Origin: Myxococcota bacterium
GTDB taxonomy: Bacteria; Myxococcota; B64-G9
Direction of reading: 5' to 3'
DNA: 59,595 nucleotides
Assembly (NCBI GenBank): GCA_041560255.1
Contig: JBFFBT010000002.1
Location: 1 to 59,595, forward strand
Positions 34,627-44,470 of this stretch are shown here, in pieces; position 1 is the first letter of the stretch; every line of letters starts with the position of its first letter. The notes under the pieces are model-generated. The model ran no database searches. It was not told where the DNA came from and saw only the letters and a list, made by a program, of their open reading frames with translations. The position numbers were made by a program, and so were the translations under genes.

Positions 34627-35601
34627 ATGGACATGCAGTGTATTTTGGTCGAGCAGATTGGATCATTTCGTACAACCCGTCGTCCGGTGCCCCGACCGGG
34701 AGACGGGCAGGTACTGATCAAAGTCAAGGTGGCGGGCCTGTGCCGCACGGATCTCAAGTTGATTCGCTTTGGGCACCGTGATTTGGTATTGCCGCGAATT
34801 CCGGCTGAGGAGGTGGTCGGAGAAGTGATGTTGTCCGGCAGAGGGGTTCAACATTTCAAGCCTGGTGATAGGGTGTATGTGTATCCGGGAGTATGGTGCA
34901 ACGACTGTCCGGCCTGCAGAATGGGTGCAGAAAATCTTTGTCGCGCCATGCGGATTATGGGTTTCCATCGTGATGGTGGTTTCGCTGAGTATGTGCTTGC
35001 GGATGAGATGAGCCTCATTCGGTTGCCCGACGGCTTGGCCTATGAAGATGCAATTTTTGCAGAGCCTTTGTCTTGTTGCCTCAATACAGTCGAGCTTGCG
35101 GGTGTCAAAGAGGGCATGTCGGTCGGGATCTGGGGGGCCGGTCCGGCCGGCAATCTGTTGGGCCGCTTGTGTACCCATTTGGGTGCTTCGATCTACCACA
35201 TCGAACCGAATCCCAATCGCAGGGACAGGGTTTCAGGGGCTGTCTCAGCAGAAGGTAAAATGTTTGACGTATGCATTGTTGCGGTAGGCGAAGCCGATGC
35301 ATACCGTCAAGCCCTGAATTGTCTCGGGCCGCGAGGCTGCCTGGCGGTATTTTCAGGGTTGTTGCCCGAGCACGATCAAATGGTGGTTTCACTCAACCAG
35401 CTTCATTATCACGAACAAAGGATTGTCGGGGCCTATGGTTGCAGCCATCGTCACGGAAAAGTTGCCATCGATCTTATTGCACAAAGCTCGGTTTTGGTGC
35501 AAGACTTGGTCTCGCACGATATGTCTCTATGGGACTTGGGGCGTGCGCTTGATATGGTGGCGGATCGAAGTGGGATGAAAATATTGCTTCGGCCCTATTG
35601 A
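34627..35601 (+). CDS. Zinc-dependent medium-chain alcohol/polyol dehydrogenase
   Basis: Catalytic-Zn region GLCRTDLKL, structural-Zn Cys cluster CNDCPACRMGAENLC, and nucleotide fold GIWGAGPAG. Confidence 0.88.
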   Translation: MDMQCILVEQIGSFRTTRRPVPRPGDGQVLIKVKVAGLCRTDLKLIRFGHRDLVLPRIPAEEVVGEVMLSGRGVQHFKPGDRVYVYPGVWCNDCPACRMGAENLCRAMRIMGFHRDGGFAEYVLADEMSLIRLPDGLAYEDAIFAEPLSCCLNTVELAGVKEGMSVGIWGAGPAGNLLGRLCTHLGASIYHIEPNPNRRDRVSGAVSAEGKMFDVCIVAVGEADAYRQALNCLGPRGCLAVFSGLLPEHDQMVVSLNQLHYHEQRIVGAYGCSHRHGKVAIDLIAQSSVLVQDLVSHDMSLWDLGRALDMVADRSGMKILLRPY

Positions 35602-35619
35602 AAGGGGAGGTGGGTAATT

Positions 35620-36750
35620 ATGATAGCCAGTGAAAAATCCCTTCGTGAATTCGGAACTTACATTCAAAAATTGATCGATAAACAGGATTTGTCGCGTCAG
35701 ACCAGTTATGAGTTGTTTTGTCAGCTGCTCGAGGATCGTCAGCCCGATTTGCAGCAGGGGGCGTTTCTGGCCGCTCTGACATCGAAACGCGAAACCTCTT
35801 TGGAGCTTGCCGGGGCGTGGCAGGCCATTTTCGATCTGGATACCGTGCATGTATCCCAAGATCTGGGAACGCCTTTGGTGGAAAACTCCGGTACCGGGAT
35901 GGACTTGCTGCGCACATTCAATGTAAGCACCGCCGGAGGTATTGTAGCCGCCGCTGCCGGTGTCCGCATGGCCAGGCATGGATCTCGGGCGTTGAGCTCG
36001 ACCTGTGGTACCGTTGATCTTCTCGAAGCTTTGGGTGTTTATGTGGATTGTGAGATTGCCGGGGTGGAAAAGAGCATACGGGAGACCAACATCGGTTTAT
36101 TCAACGGAATGAGCCCCAAAGTGCATCCCAGATCGCTCAGTCGCATACTGGGTCAAATCAGGTTCGGTTCTACACTCAACATTGCGGCTTCTTTGGCCAG
36201 TCCTTGCAAGCCTACCCATGCGCTTCGGGGTGTGTACTCGAAAGATGTGATCCCCGAAGTCGTGGGTTTGATGCACGAGATCGGTTTTGTACGTGCGATG
36301 GTGGTGCATGGTTTCGACGCGGCTTGCGAAAACGGTATGGATGAATTATCCATTTTGGGTGAGAGCATCGTGTGTGAGGTCTTTGAAAACGGGGATCACC
36401 ATGCCTACATTCTGACTCCTGAGGATGTCGGATTGTCTCGGTGTTCGTATGAAGAAATTCGCTCCATGCAATCCCTCGAACAAGAAGCGGTCAGGCTCGT
36501 GCAGGTGCTGGCTGGATCGCAGCACCGGGCTTGTCAGGATTTTACTTGTTTGAATGCCGGAGCCGTCATGTACCTGGTGGGTAAGACCGCCACAATTTCC
36601 GAAGGGGTATCATGGGCGAGAGAAACCATCCAGAATGGTTCTGCAATCCGCAAATTGGTGGAATGGGTGGGTGTGCAGTGCGACGATCCGGAAAGTGGTT
36701 TGGATCGCTTGAACCGCATAGCCGGATTGGCCGGAGTGACCTTGGAATAG
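35620..36750 (+). CDS. Anthranilate phosphoribosyltransferase-like (glycosyltransferase family 3 / TrpD-family) protein
   Basis: NSGTGMD...FNVSTAGGIVAAAAGVRMARHGSRALSSTCGTVDLLEALG matches the TrpD PRPP-binding core (GTGGD variant GTGMD). No other trp genes are nearby. Confidence 0.8.
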   Translation: MIASEKSLREFGTYIQKLIDKQDLSRQTSYELFCQLLEDRQPDLQQGAFLAALTSKRETSLELAGAWQAIFDLDTVHVSQDLGTPLVENSGTGMDLLRTFNVSTAGGIVAAAAGVRMARHGSRALSSTCGTVDLLEALGVYVDCEIAGVEKSIRETNIGLFNGMSPKVHPRSLSRILGQIRFGSTLNIAASLASPCKPTHALRGVYSKDVIPEVVGLMHEIGFVRAMVVHGFDAACENGMDELSILGESIVCEVFENGDHHAYILTPEDVGLSRCSYEEIRSMQSLEQEAVRLVQVLAGSQHRACQDFTCLNAGAVMYLVGKTATISEGVSWARETIQNGSAIRKLVEWVGVQCDDPESGLDRLNRIAGLAGVTLE

Positions 36751-36763
36751 CGCTGCAATGTTT

Positions 36764-37234
36764 CTAGCGGCGCAATGTGGCGATCAATCGTTTTGGATAC
36801 ACAAGCAGCTCGAGGGCCTCTTTGGCCGATCTGCACACCACGTCGGCACGCTGGAGGGTCCGGATGCACGCTCCTTCCGCCTGAATCAGGCAGATCCCCA
36901 GGGCCGCATGCTCGAGCATGAGCATGTCGTTGTGTCCGTTTCCTATTGCAACCACACGGTTAGTTTGTAGATTTTTGATGTAGTCCAATTTGGCTTGCAC
37001 CTGGTTGAAAGCAGGGAGTACGGATAGCTTTACAGGCAATTCCTTTAGCTGCTCACCGGCCATACCGAACGTATCGGCGGTCACGACATGGAACTTGATT
37101 CGCTTTGCAAGCGACATGATGATCGGTATCACTTCGGCAGGCAGCCGGCCGTCTTGGGCCAATGTTCCGTTGTAGTCACACACCGCATGCTCGAGACAAT
37201 ATGTTTGATGTCCCGGAATTTCAACCTCTATCAT
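36764..37234 (-). CDS. HAD-superfamily hydrolase (small 'soluble P-type ATPase'-like)
   Basis: AVCDYNGTLA (motif I variant), VVTADT, and GNGHNDMLML (motif IV-like). ATG 37234 lies 6 nt after AGGAG (complement of 37241-37245). Confidence 0.75.
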   Translation of the reverse strand: MIEVEIPGHQTYCLEHAVCDYNGTLAQDGRLPAEVIPIIMSLAKRIKFHVVTADTFGMAGEQLKELPVKLSVLPAFNQVQAKLDYIKNLQTNRVVAIGNGHNDMLMLEHAALGICLIQAEGACIRTLQRADVVCRSAKEALELLVYPKRLIATLRR

Positions 37235-37454
37235 GATGATCTCCTTTCGATGCAATCAATTGCGTTTGAATCCCGCAGAAGGCACCGGATCCAAGCAGTA
37301 CGAAGATTCCTCCAGGCCAAGCAATCGTTTTGCAAGCAAAGATTGAGATGGAAAATGGAATATATGGGGTTGTTTGAAAGTTGTAAAGCAAAACGTTTTC
37401 TGTTTGCATGGGTTTTCAAATTGCTCCAAAAGAGGGCGAACCAGGAGGAGGCAG

Positions 37455-38291
37455 ATGAAATCATTTTTTGTGGCACTCGGCTCAATAGCTATTTGTTGCT
37501 CGGGGTGTATGATGAAGAGCACCCATGAAGATCTCATGAGCAACATGAAAAAACAGATGACTGACGTTCAGATGGAGGTTACCCGCGAGAGGGACGAGCA
37601 GATTCGTCTCAAAGAGCATTGCGAAGAAAAAAACAAAAAACTATCCGCCGATTTGGCTGCTCGCAAGATAAAAATCAACCAATTGTTGGATGAGAAAGGC
37701 GCCTTGAACAAAGAAAGAGACGAGTTGAGCGAAGAGCAGGAAAAGCTTGCCCGGGAGCTCGAAGAGCTTAGAAAAATGAAGGCCGCTACCGAAAGACGCA
37801 ACGCGGACTATCGCACCCTATTGGAGAAACTGGCCGCGATGATCGATTCGGGTACCCTGGAGGTGAAAATTCGAAACGGACTCATGCAGGTACAGATGGC
37901 CTCCGATGTGGTGTTTCCGTCGGCCAGCGTGCAGATAAAGCCTCAGGCCAAGCAGGCTATCAAGGAGCTTGCCGCCACCATCAGCACCTTTGCAGGCCGA
38001 AGGTTTCAGGTCATGGGACATTGTGATCCCACCCCCATCAACACTGCCAGATTTCCGTCCAATTGGGAGTTGTCGACCCAGCGGGCGGTCGAAGTCGTGA
38101 AACTGATGATCGAGGCTGGTGTACCGCCCGAGATGATCAGTGCGGCGGGCGCGGCCCAATACGATCCGGTGACTGAAAACGAAACTCAAGAGGGCAAGAC
38201 CCAAAATCGGCGAGTGGAAATCATTTTCCTACCATCTATCGGGGAGTTGCCTGGTATCGAGAAGACCTTATCCAAACCCGATACCCAGTGA
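37455..38291 (+). CDS. OmpA/MotB-domain lipoprotein with a coiled-coil spacer
   Basis: MKSFFVALGSIAICCSGC lipoprotein signal after SD AGGAGGAG (37443-37450). Long heptad-rich E/K/L segment. C-terminal OmpA-like fold (NWELSTQRAVEV, NRRVEIIF). Confidence 0.85.
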   Translation: MKSFFVALGSIAICCSGCMMKSTHEDLMSNMKKQMTDVQMEVTRERDEQIRLKEHCEEKNKKLSADLAARKIKINQLLDEKGALNKERDELSEEQEKLARELEELRKMKAATERRNADYRTLLEKLAAMIDSGTLEVKIRNGLMQVQMASDVVFPSASVQIKPQAKQAIKELAATISTFAGRRFQVMGHCDPTPINTARFPSNWELSTQRAVEVVKLMIEAGVPPEMISAAGAAQYDPVTENETQEGKTQNRRVEIIFLPSIGELPGIEKTLSKPDTQ

Positions 38292-38429
38292 AAACCACAA
38301 ACGGCATATCATGGTTCGGATCCTGCAAAAATAAAACAAATCTCTGTATAATCAATGTATTGCTTGTTAGGAATAACTTGACGGCAATGTTTGGATGCGG
38401 TTATCCTACTCAAAAACCATTTGAATTGT

Positions 38430-41054
38430 ATGGTGGATGGGTTGAGAAAAACCGCAACGACTCTGATTGTTCTATGTATTGCACATCTGATGACGACTTC
38501 ATTTTCGTATGCGGGAAAATTCGAAATCGGCCCCATTGATGGCTGGATCAAGAAAATCGAATTGAGAACGAGTTGTGAGTTTCCCGATGCATCTCTCGCC
38601 GACGGCGTTTGTTATCTTTTGGTGGATCGGCAGTATCGGATTGCCAAGGACGTTTTTGAGCTGTATTCGCACTATGCCCAAAAAATCGTCAACACCGCCG
38701 GTGCCGAGACCTTCTCTCAAATTAATATCGATTACAATCCGTCGTACGAATCGGTGGTTTTTCATGAGGTTCATATTCGTCGCAACGGCGATGTTTTCAA
38801 TAGACTGAATCGAAGCAGAATTTCGTTGTTTCAACGAGAAAAGCGCCTCGAACATAGACTGTATGACGGCACACATACCCTACATCTAATCCTCGATGAC
38901 GTCAGAGTGGGTGATGTGGTCGAATACGCGTTTACCATTAAAGGAATCAACCCTGCATTGGAAGGGGCTTTTTTTGATGATGTCGGTTTGAGATGGCAGG
39001 TGCCCGTGCAGAAGTTCTATTATCGCCTCGTAACCTCCTCGGATATACAACTGCAATCCAAGATGTTTTTTACCCAACTGAAGCCGGAGGTGACGCAGCA
39101 TGCGTCTGGAAAAGAATATGAGTTGATGCAGGATCATGTTCTGCCTTTGGAAGTCGAACCAAACATACCGGCTTGGTATAATCCATATCCGAGGATTCAG
39201 TTTTCCAATCTTGACAATTGGGGCTCGGTAGCGCGATGGGGGGCAAAGCTCTATCCGATTACCGATAGATTGTCCGCTGATCTAAAGGCCGAGATCAGAA
39301 AGATCGCACGTTCTTCGAGCGATTCGGGCCAACGGGTGGCCGCGGCGCTTCGATTCGTGCAAGACGAGATTCGCTATCTGGGCATAGAAGTTGGCGAGGG
39401 ATCGTTTGTTCCTTCGCACCCGTCGTTGGTTTTAAAAAGAAGGTTCGGGGATTGCAAGGACAAATCCTATCTGTTGGTCACCCTGTTGCATAAATTGGAT
39501 GTGGAGGCATATCCGGCGCTGGTCAGCACGGTTTGGTTGCATCGACTCGACGAGATGCTGCCGTCTCCTTTGGTGTTTAACCACGTGATTGTAGCGGCGA
39601 AGCTGCGAGACGAACTTGTTTGGATGGATCCAGCCCAAGCATCCCAAAATGGAACCCTCGAGGATATGTACTTGCCCGATTACGGGAGAGCTCTGATTCT
39701 GGAGGATGGGGTGACACGGCTTCGGGTCATCGAGCCTCGTGTAATCCAGGGCCCTACTAAAATCGTAAAAGAACGATTCGATTTAACCGCCGGTGCCGAG
39801 AACGGAGTGTCTTTTGGGGTTGAGACTACCCTTATCGGCGAAAATGCAGTTCGGTTTGTAGAGAGATTGAAGACCACCAGCCGGGACGAGCTGAAAAGAC
39901 AATATCTGGAGTTCTATCGAACGGATTATTCGGGAATCACACCGGTCGCGCCGCTTGAGATGGATGTATCAGACGATGAAAATCGAGTGGTGATTCGGGA
40001 AGAATATCGGATCGATGAGTTTTGGTCGTTTATCAAAGAAAGACAAGAAGATCAAGGTGTCATTTTCCCAAGAGAAATTTATTTGATGGTGGAGCCCGGC
40101 ACCGTACAAGCCCGCAAGATGCCGTTGGCGGTGTCCTACCCGGTCGACCATATGCATGAAATTCGAATCAAGTTGCCTGAAAACATGAGCATGCGCATGG
40201 TGGATGAGCGGATTGAAGACGCCACGTTTTTCTTTCATCACGAAGTAACCCGTGAGGATAACGTATTCAGCCTGGTGTATCGCTATAAGACCAAGCGGGA
40301 TCATGTGCCTGCGCGCGAGGCCAAGGATCACCTGACCAAGCGGGCGCAGCTCGTATCAAAACTTGGTTATACCTTTCACAACAGTGACGAGAGCAAAATA
40401 TCCTGGTCACAGCATTTGAAAAAGCATCTCATGCCGGTGGCAATGATGATGATTGTAACGGCTTTTTGTTTGGTTGCGGGCATCTATGTTGCTTTGAGAA
40501 TCTATAAATATGATCCGGAGCCCAGATTGATTGCGATGCATTCCGAGATAGCACCCGGTATCAAGGGGTGGTTGATTCTTTTTTCCATATCCGTTGTAAT
40601 TGCGCCGATTTACGCATTTTCGGGGTTGTTCGAGTTGTTGAAGGCATTTTCTTTTGTAAACTTGTCTTACTTTGTCGATCATGCTTCGGATGGGTACAAC
40701 GCTTTCTGGGCCCCCGTAGTGTTGTTTGAGACGGCCGCCAACCTGCTCAACCTGATCTTCTCGATTTTGTTGTTGATTTTGTTTTTCAAAAAGCGTCAAA
40801 TCTTTCCGTTGGTTTTTGTTGGTTCCCGGGTGGTTTGGCTGGCGATTGTGGTGGGGGACAACCTGGTGGCCGAAAGTCTTTTGGATATCGGAATAGAGTC
40901 TAATGATATTAACGCGTTAATACGGGATGTTGTCTATACTCTCGTGTGGTCTGCCTATCTATGGTTGTCGCAAAGGGCTTCTGTTACTTTCCGGCAGCGC
41001 CTGACATCGAAGGATCGGGTTGTGGTCGACCCCCATCTTATTGCGCAGGGTTGA
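38430..41054 (+). CDS. DUF3857 / transglutaminase-like cysteine protease-fold protein fused to a C-terminal polytopic membrane domain
   Basis: Signal-like TTLIVLCIAHLMTTSFSYAG. Transglutaminase core RRFGDCKDKSYLLVTLL. The C-terminal ~230 aa contain about 5 TM helices ending in AYLWLSQRASVTF, which is DUF2569-like from memory. Confidence 0.8.
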   Translation: MVDGLRKTATTLIVLCIAHLMTTSFSYAGKFEIGPIDGWIKKIELRTSCEFPDASLADGVCYLLVDRQYRIAKDVFELYSHYAQKIVNTAGAETFSQINIDYNPSYESVVFHEVHIRRNGDVFNRLNRSRISLFQREKRLEHRLYDGTHTLHLILDDVRVGDVVEYAFTIKGINPALEGAFFDDVGLRWQVPVQKFYYRLVTSSDIQLQSKMFFTQLKPEVTQHASGKEYELMQDHVLPLEVEPNIPAWYNPYPRIQFSNLDNWGSVARWGAKLYPITDRLSADLKAEIRKIARSSSDSGQRVAAALRFVQDEIRYLGIEVGEGSFVPSHPSLVLKRRFGDCKDKSYLLVTLLHKLDVEAYPALVSTVWLHRLDEMLPSPLVFNHVIVAAKLRDELVWMDPAQASQNGTLEDMYLPDYGRALILEDGVTRLRVIEPRVIQGPTKIVKERFDLTAGAENGVSFGVETTLIGENAVRFVERLKTTSRDELKRQYLEFYRTDYSGITPVAPLEMDVSDDENRVVIREEYRIDEFWSFIKERQEDQGVIFPREIYLMVEPGTVQARKMPLAVSYPVDHMHEIRIKLPENMSMRMVDERIEDATFFFHHEVTREDNVFSLVYRYKTKRDHVPAREAKDHLTKRAQLVSKLGYTFHNSDESKISWSQHLKKHLMPVAMMMIVTAFCLVAGIYVALRIYKYDPEPRLIAMHSEIAPGIKGWLILFSISVVIAPIYAFSGLFELLKAFSFVNLSYFVDHASDGYNAFWAPVVLFETAANLLNLIFSILLLILFFKKRQIFPLVFVGSRVVWLAIVVGDNLVAESLLDIGIESNDINALIRDVVYTLVWSAYLWLSQRASVTFRQRLTSKDRVVVDPHLIAQG

Positions 41055-42118
41055 TGGAGACATTGACGGGGATGTTCGAGCGGGCTGGCGATCCGGGGTG
41101 GTTTTGTGGTATGGGGACGAAGGAGGAGTCGGGAATGGGAGCTTGTCAAAAGCCTACCGATGGAGAGTTTGCACACAAACCCAAAGTCGGAATCAGCACT
41201 TGTTTGCTTGGTGAGAGGGTGCGGTACGACGGTGGACATAAACGAGATCGGTTTTTGACTGATACGTTGGGGCGTTTTGTCACCTGGGTTCCGGTATGTC
41301 CGGAAGTGGAGTGCGGACTGGGGGTTCCAAGAGAGTCGATGCATCTCGAGGGAGAGGTCGAAAATCCCAGGTTGATTACAACTCGAACAAGGCAGGATTG
41401 CACCAATCGCATGTCGAACTGGGCTGCTGGAAGGGTTAGGGAGCTTGAAAGAGAAGACTTGGTCGGGTTTGTGTTCAAAAGCAAATCGCCCAGCTCCGGG
41501 ATGGAGCGGATACCTGTTTGGGATCAGAGCAAAATGCCGCGCAAGGTCGGTGTAGGGGTTTTTGCACGGGCATTCATGCGGCATTTTCCATTGATTCCGG
41601 CAGAAGAAGACGGCCGACTGCACGATCTGGGGCTTCGGGAAAATTTCATCGAGCGGATTTTTTGCCTGAGCAGGTACCGTACTCAGGTGCACCCGAGACC
41701 GACGCTGGGAAAGTTGGTTGCATTTCACGCTCGGCACAAGCTGCAGCTCATGTCGCATAGTCCAAAAATATTGAAAGAGATGGGTAACCTGGTTGCACAT
41801 GGCAAACAGCTCACCCCGCGAGAGCTTTGCGGGCGGTATGAAAGACATTTGCTCGATGCACTGAAGCTGCATGCTACCGTTGCGAAACATGTCAACGTGC
41901 TCGATCATATGTCCGGATATTTCAAACGCGATCTGGATGCGACCGACAAGATCGAGCTGAGGGAGATCATTCGGCGTTATCGTTGTGGGTTGGTGCCGCT
42001 CATGGTGCCTTTGACCCTCTTGATGCATTATGTGAACAGGTTCGACAGTTCGTACTTGAGAGACCAGACATACCTCAATCCCCATCCTTGGGAGCTCAAA
42101 CTCAGAAATCATGCCTGA
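41054..42118 (+). CDS. DUF523 + DUF1722 (YbgA-like) protein
   Basis: VGISTCLLGERVRYDGGHK (DUF523 core), followed by a helical C-terminal half with YLRDQTYLNPHP (DUF1722-like). ATG 41054 overlaps the upstream TGA (TGATG). Confidence 0.78.
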   Translation: METLTGMFERAGDPGWFCGMGTKEESGMGACQKPTDGEFAHKPKVGISTCLLGERVRYDGGHKRDRFLTDTLGRFVTWVPVCPEVECGLGVPRESMHLEGEVENPRLITTRTRQDCTNRMSNWAAGRVRELEREDLVGFVFKSKSPSSGMERIPVWDQSKMPRKVGVGVFARAFMRHFPLIPAEEDGRLHDLGLRENFIERIFCLSRYRTQVHPRPTLGKLVAFHARHKLQLMSHSPKILKEMGNLVAHGKQLTPRELCGRYERHLLDALKLHATVAKHVNVLDHMSGYFKRDLDATDKIELREIIRRYRCGLVPLMVPLTLLMHYVNRFDSSYLRDQTYLNPHPWELKLRNHA

Positions 42119-42136
42119 AAGACCGAAACCGGTTGA

Positions 42137-43192
42137 ATGCTTGCCGTAAAGGAACCTGAAATCATGCGAAAAGATATTTCCTGTTTGGGTGAGTTCGGCA
42201 TCATCGATTTGTTCAAACAGAAGGATATAAAAGCCCACGACTGGGTCATGGCAGGTATGGGTGATGATTGCGCGGTGTTGGATCTGGGCTTGAATATATG
42301 CTTGGTGGTGACCACCGACATGTTGGCCGAAGGATCGCATTTCGATTTGAAGTGGATATCGACGCGTCAATTGGGTTACAGGTGCCTGATGGTCAATCTT
42401 TCGGATATCGCTGCCATGGGTGCAGTGCCCAAGGCTTTCTTTTTGTCTATGGGATTGCCCAAGTTCTGGGATGAGCAAGGTTTGCTTGGATTTCGTGACG
42501 GCCTTTTCGACTGCGCAGCGCGATATGATCTGAATCTTTTAGGTGGAGATACGATTGCCGTGCAGGAGCGTGCGGTTTTCAGCTTGACCCTTCTGGGTCG
42601 ATCTACCAAGGACTGCTTGGTATACCGATCCGGAGCTCAACCCGGCGATCGAATCATGGTGGCAGGATCGTTGGGCGACAGCGCGGGTGGTTTGTACCTG
42701 CTGCAAAAACAATTCTACCGGCTTGGGGATGAAGATTGTGCAAACCTGACAAATGCCCATCTCAGGCCGGCTGCACAACTGGAGCTGGGGCGCATGTTGG
42801 CGGCTCAGCGGTTCGCGAAAGCCATGATCGATCTGAGCGATGGATTGGTGCAGGATCTCGGACATATCTGTGCCCGTAGTCGGGTAGGCGCCATTGTAGA
42901 CGCGGACTTGGTGCCTGTGTCGAAATCATTGCGCGCCTTGGCTGATTGTGCTGGTTTGGATCCGTTGGATTTCGCTTTGCATGGGGGTGAAGATTACGTA
43001 CTTTGTTTTTGCGTGCCGCCTGAACTCGAGACCCGAGTAATACAGACGTGCCGGACCCAGCTGCAGATCGAGATTACCAAAGTGGGTGAAATCGTTGCAG
43101 GTAGCGGGGTCAAGGTTCGCCAGGGAGGTGCATGGAGAAAGATTGCACATGAAGGTTTCAATCACTTTGGAATAACGAAAAGGTATCGGTGA
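42137..43192 (+). CDS. thiL: Thiamine-monophosphate kinase
   Basis: GEFGIIDLF, GDDCAVL, TTDMLAEGSHF, GGDT and DLSDGL are AIR-synthase-related ThiL motifs. The start could be ATG 42164. Confidence 0.88.
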   Translation: MLAVKEPEIMRKDISCLGEFGIIDLFKQKDIKAHDWVMAGMGDDCAVLDLGLNICLVVTTDMLAEGSHFDLKWISTRQLGYRCLMVNLSDIAAMGAVPKAFFLSMGLPKFWDEQGLLGFRDGLFDCAARYDLNLLGGDTIAVQERAVFSLTLLGRSTKDCLVYRSGAQPGDRIMVAGSLGDSAGGLYLLQKQFYRLGDEDCANLTNAHLRPAAQLELGRMLAAQRFAKAMIDLSDGLVQDLGHICARSRVGAIVDADLVPVSKSLRALADCAGLDPLDFALHGGEDYVLCFCVPPELETRVIQTCRTQLQIEITKVGEIVAGSGVKVRQGGAWRKIAHEGFNHFGITKRYR

Positions 43193-43251
43193 CCCTGGGG
43201 ACCTGTTACAATGACCGGCATGTAAACGTAGACCCGACAGGAAATTCAATC

Positions 43252-44457
43252 ATGTGTAAAGCAAAAAAAGTATTTGTCATCGGTGGTTGTGGCCATGTAG
43301 GGCTTCCCTTGGCCATATTGTCTGCTTCCAAGGGTCACTCTACCACCATCTATGATATCGACAAACAAGCGCTGGAAAAGGTCAGAAGGGCCGAGATGCC
43401 GTTTCTCGAGCTCGATGCGGATCAGTTGTTGAAGGAAGTCCTCGATAACGGCATGCTCAGGGTTACGGGGCATCCCAAATCAATTCAGGATACCGACATC
43501 ATCATTTTGGTGGTGGGAACACCGGTTGATGAGCATCTCAACCCGAGAGTGGACATGATTTTCAAAGCGCTGGATCCTTGCCTGCCGTATTTTCGAGACG
43601 GGCAGGTCGTGATTCTCAGAAGTACGGTTTTTCCGGGGGTTAGCGCCAAGGTGCAGGATTTTTTCCACCGTAAAGGATTGAATATCGACGTTACCTTTTG
43701 CCCCGAACGTATCGTGCAGGGTTACGCCGTGCGGGAGATACAAAATCTTCCTCAGATTGTATCGGGATTTTCCAAAAAAGGCATGTCCACCGTTTGTGAG
43801 TATTTCTCATCGATTGTCCCCAAGGTCATCGAGCTTGAGCCCATGGAGGCCGAGCTCGCAAAGTTGTTTACCAACGCGTACCGTTACATCGAGTTCGCCA
43901 TCGCCAACCAGTTTTACATGGTCGCCGAAAGTGAAGGGGTGGATTATTTTAAAGTTCATAACGCCATCAAGAACGATTATCCCCGCATGGCCAATATTCC
44001 CTCGCCGGGTTTTACGGCGGGTCCCTGCCTCTTTAAAGACACCATGCAGCTTTCGGTATTTTACCATCATCATTTTTCCCTGGGGCTTTCTTCGGTTTGG
44101 ATCAATGAAGGTTTGGTGGACTTTGTGGTGGCGCGATTGAAAAAAGATCACAACCTGCGGGAAATGACGGTGGGGATTTTAGGCATGGCCTTCAAGGCCA
44201 ACAGCGATGATATCCGGGATTCCCTATCCTACAAGTTGCGCAGGTTGTTGTTGCTGGAAGCCAAAACCGTGTTGTGTCATGATCCCCTGGTTCGGGATCC
44301 GGACTTCGTGTCCTTGGAGTACATCTTTCAACATTGCAATGTCGTGATTGTCGGCGCTCCGCACGATCCCTATCGCGATCTCGATATCCCTGAAAACATT
44401 GTGGTTGTAGATATTTGGAATTGCGTGTCCGGACGAAGATCCGGCCGTACGGGTTGA
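43252..44457 (+). CDS. UDP-glucose/GDP-mannose dehydrogenase-family nucleotide-sugar dehydrogenase
   Basis: VFVIGGCGHVGLPLA Rossmann motif, catalytic-Cys region GFTAGPCLFKD, and C-terminal GMAFKANSDDIRDS. Confidence 0.88.
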   Translation: MCKAKKVFVIGGCGHVGLPLAILSASKGHSTTIYDIDKQALEKVRRAEMPFLELDADQLLKEVLDNGMLRVTGHPKSIQDTDIIILVVGTPVDEHLNPRVDMIFKALDPCLPYFRDGQVVILRSTVFPGVSAKVQDFFHRKGLNIDVTFCPERIVQGYAVREIQNLPQIVSGFSKKGMSTVCEYFSSIVPKVIELEPMEAELAKLFTNAYRYIEFAIANQFYMVAESEGVDYFKVHNAIKNDYPRMANIPSPGFTAGPCLFKDTMQLSVFYHHHFSLGLSSVWINEGLVDFVVARLKKDHNLREMTVGILGMAFKANSDDIRDSLSYKLRRLLLLEAKTVLCHDPLVRDPDFVSLEYIFQHCNVVIVGAPHDPYRDLDIPENIVVVDIWNCVSGRRSGRTG

Positions 44458-44470
44458 AGGAGACGAACTC

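Noticed and set aside
40955-42478. 507-aa minus-strand ORF spanning the end of the transglutaminase-like gene, the DUF523/DUF1722 gene and the start of thiL
   Set aside because: Both plus-strand genes start at positions in the same phase (41054 and 42137), and the minus ORF is codon-aligned antisense to them. The sense translations carry clear family motifs (DUF523 core, ThiL GDDCAVL), while the antisense product has none. It is a shadow ORF caused by avoidance of TTA/CTA/TCA.
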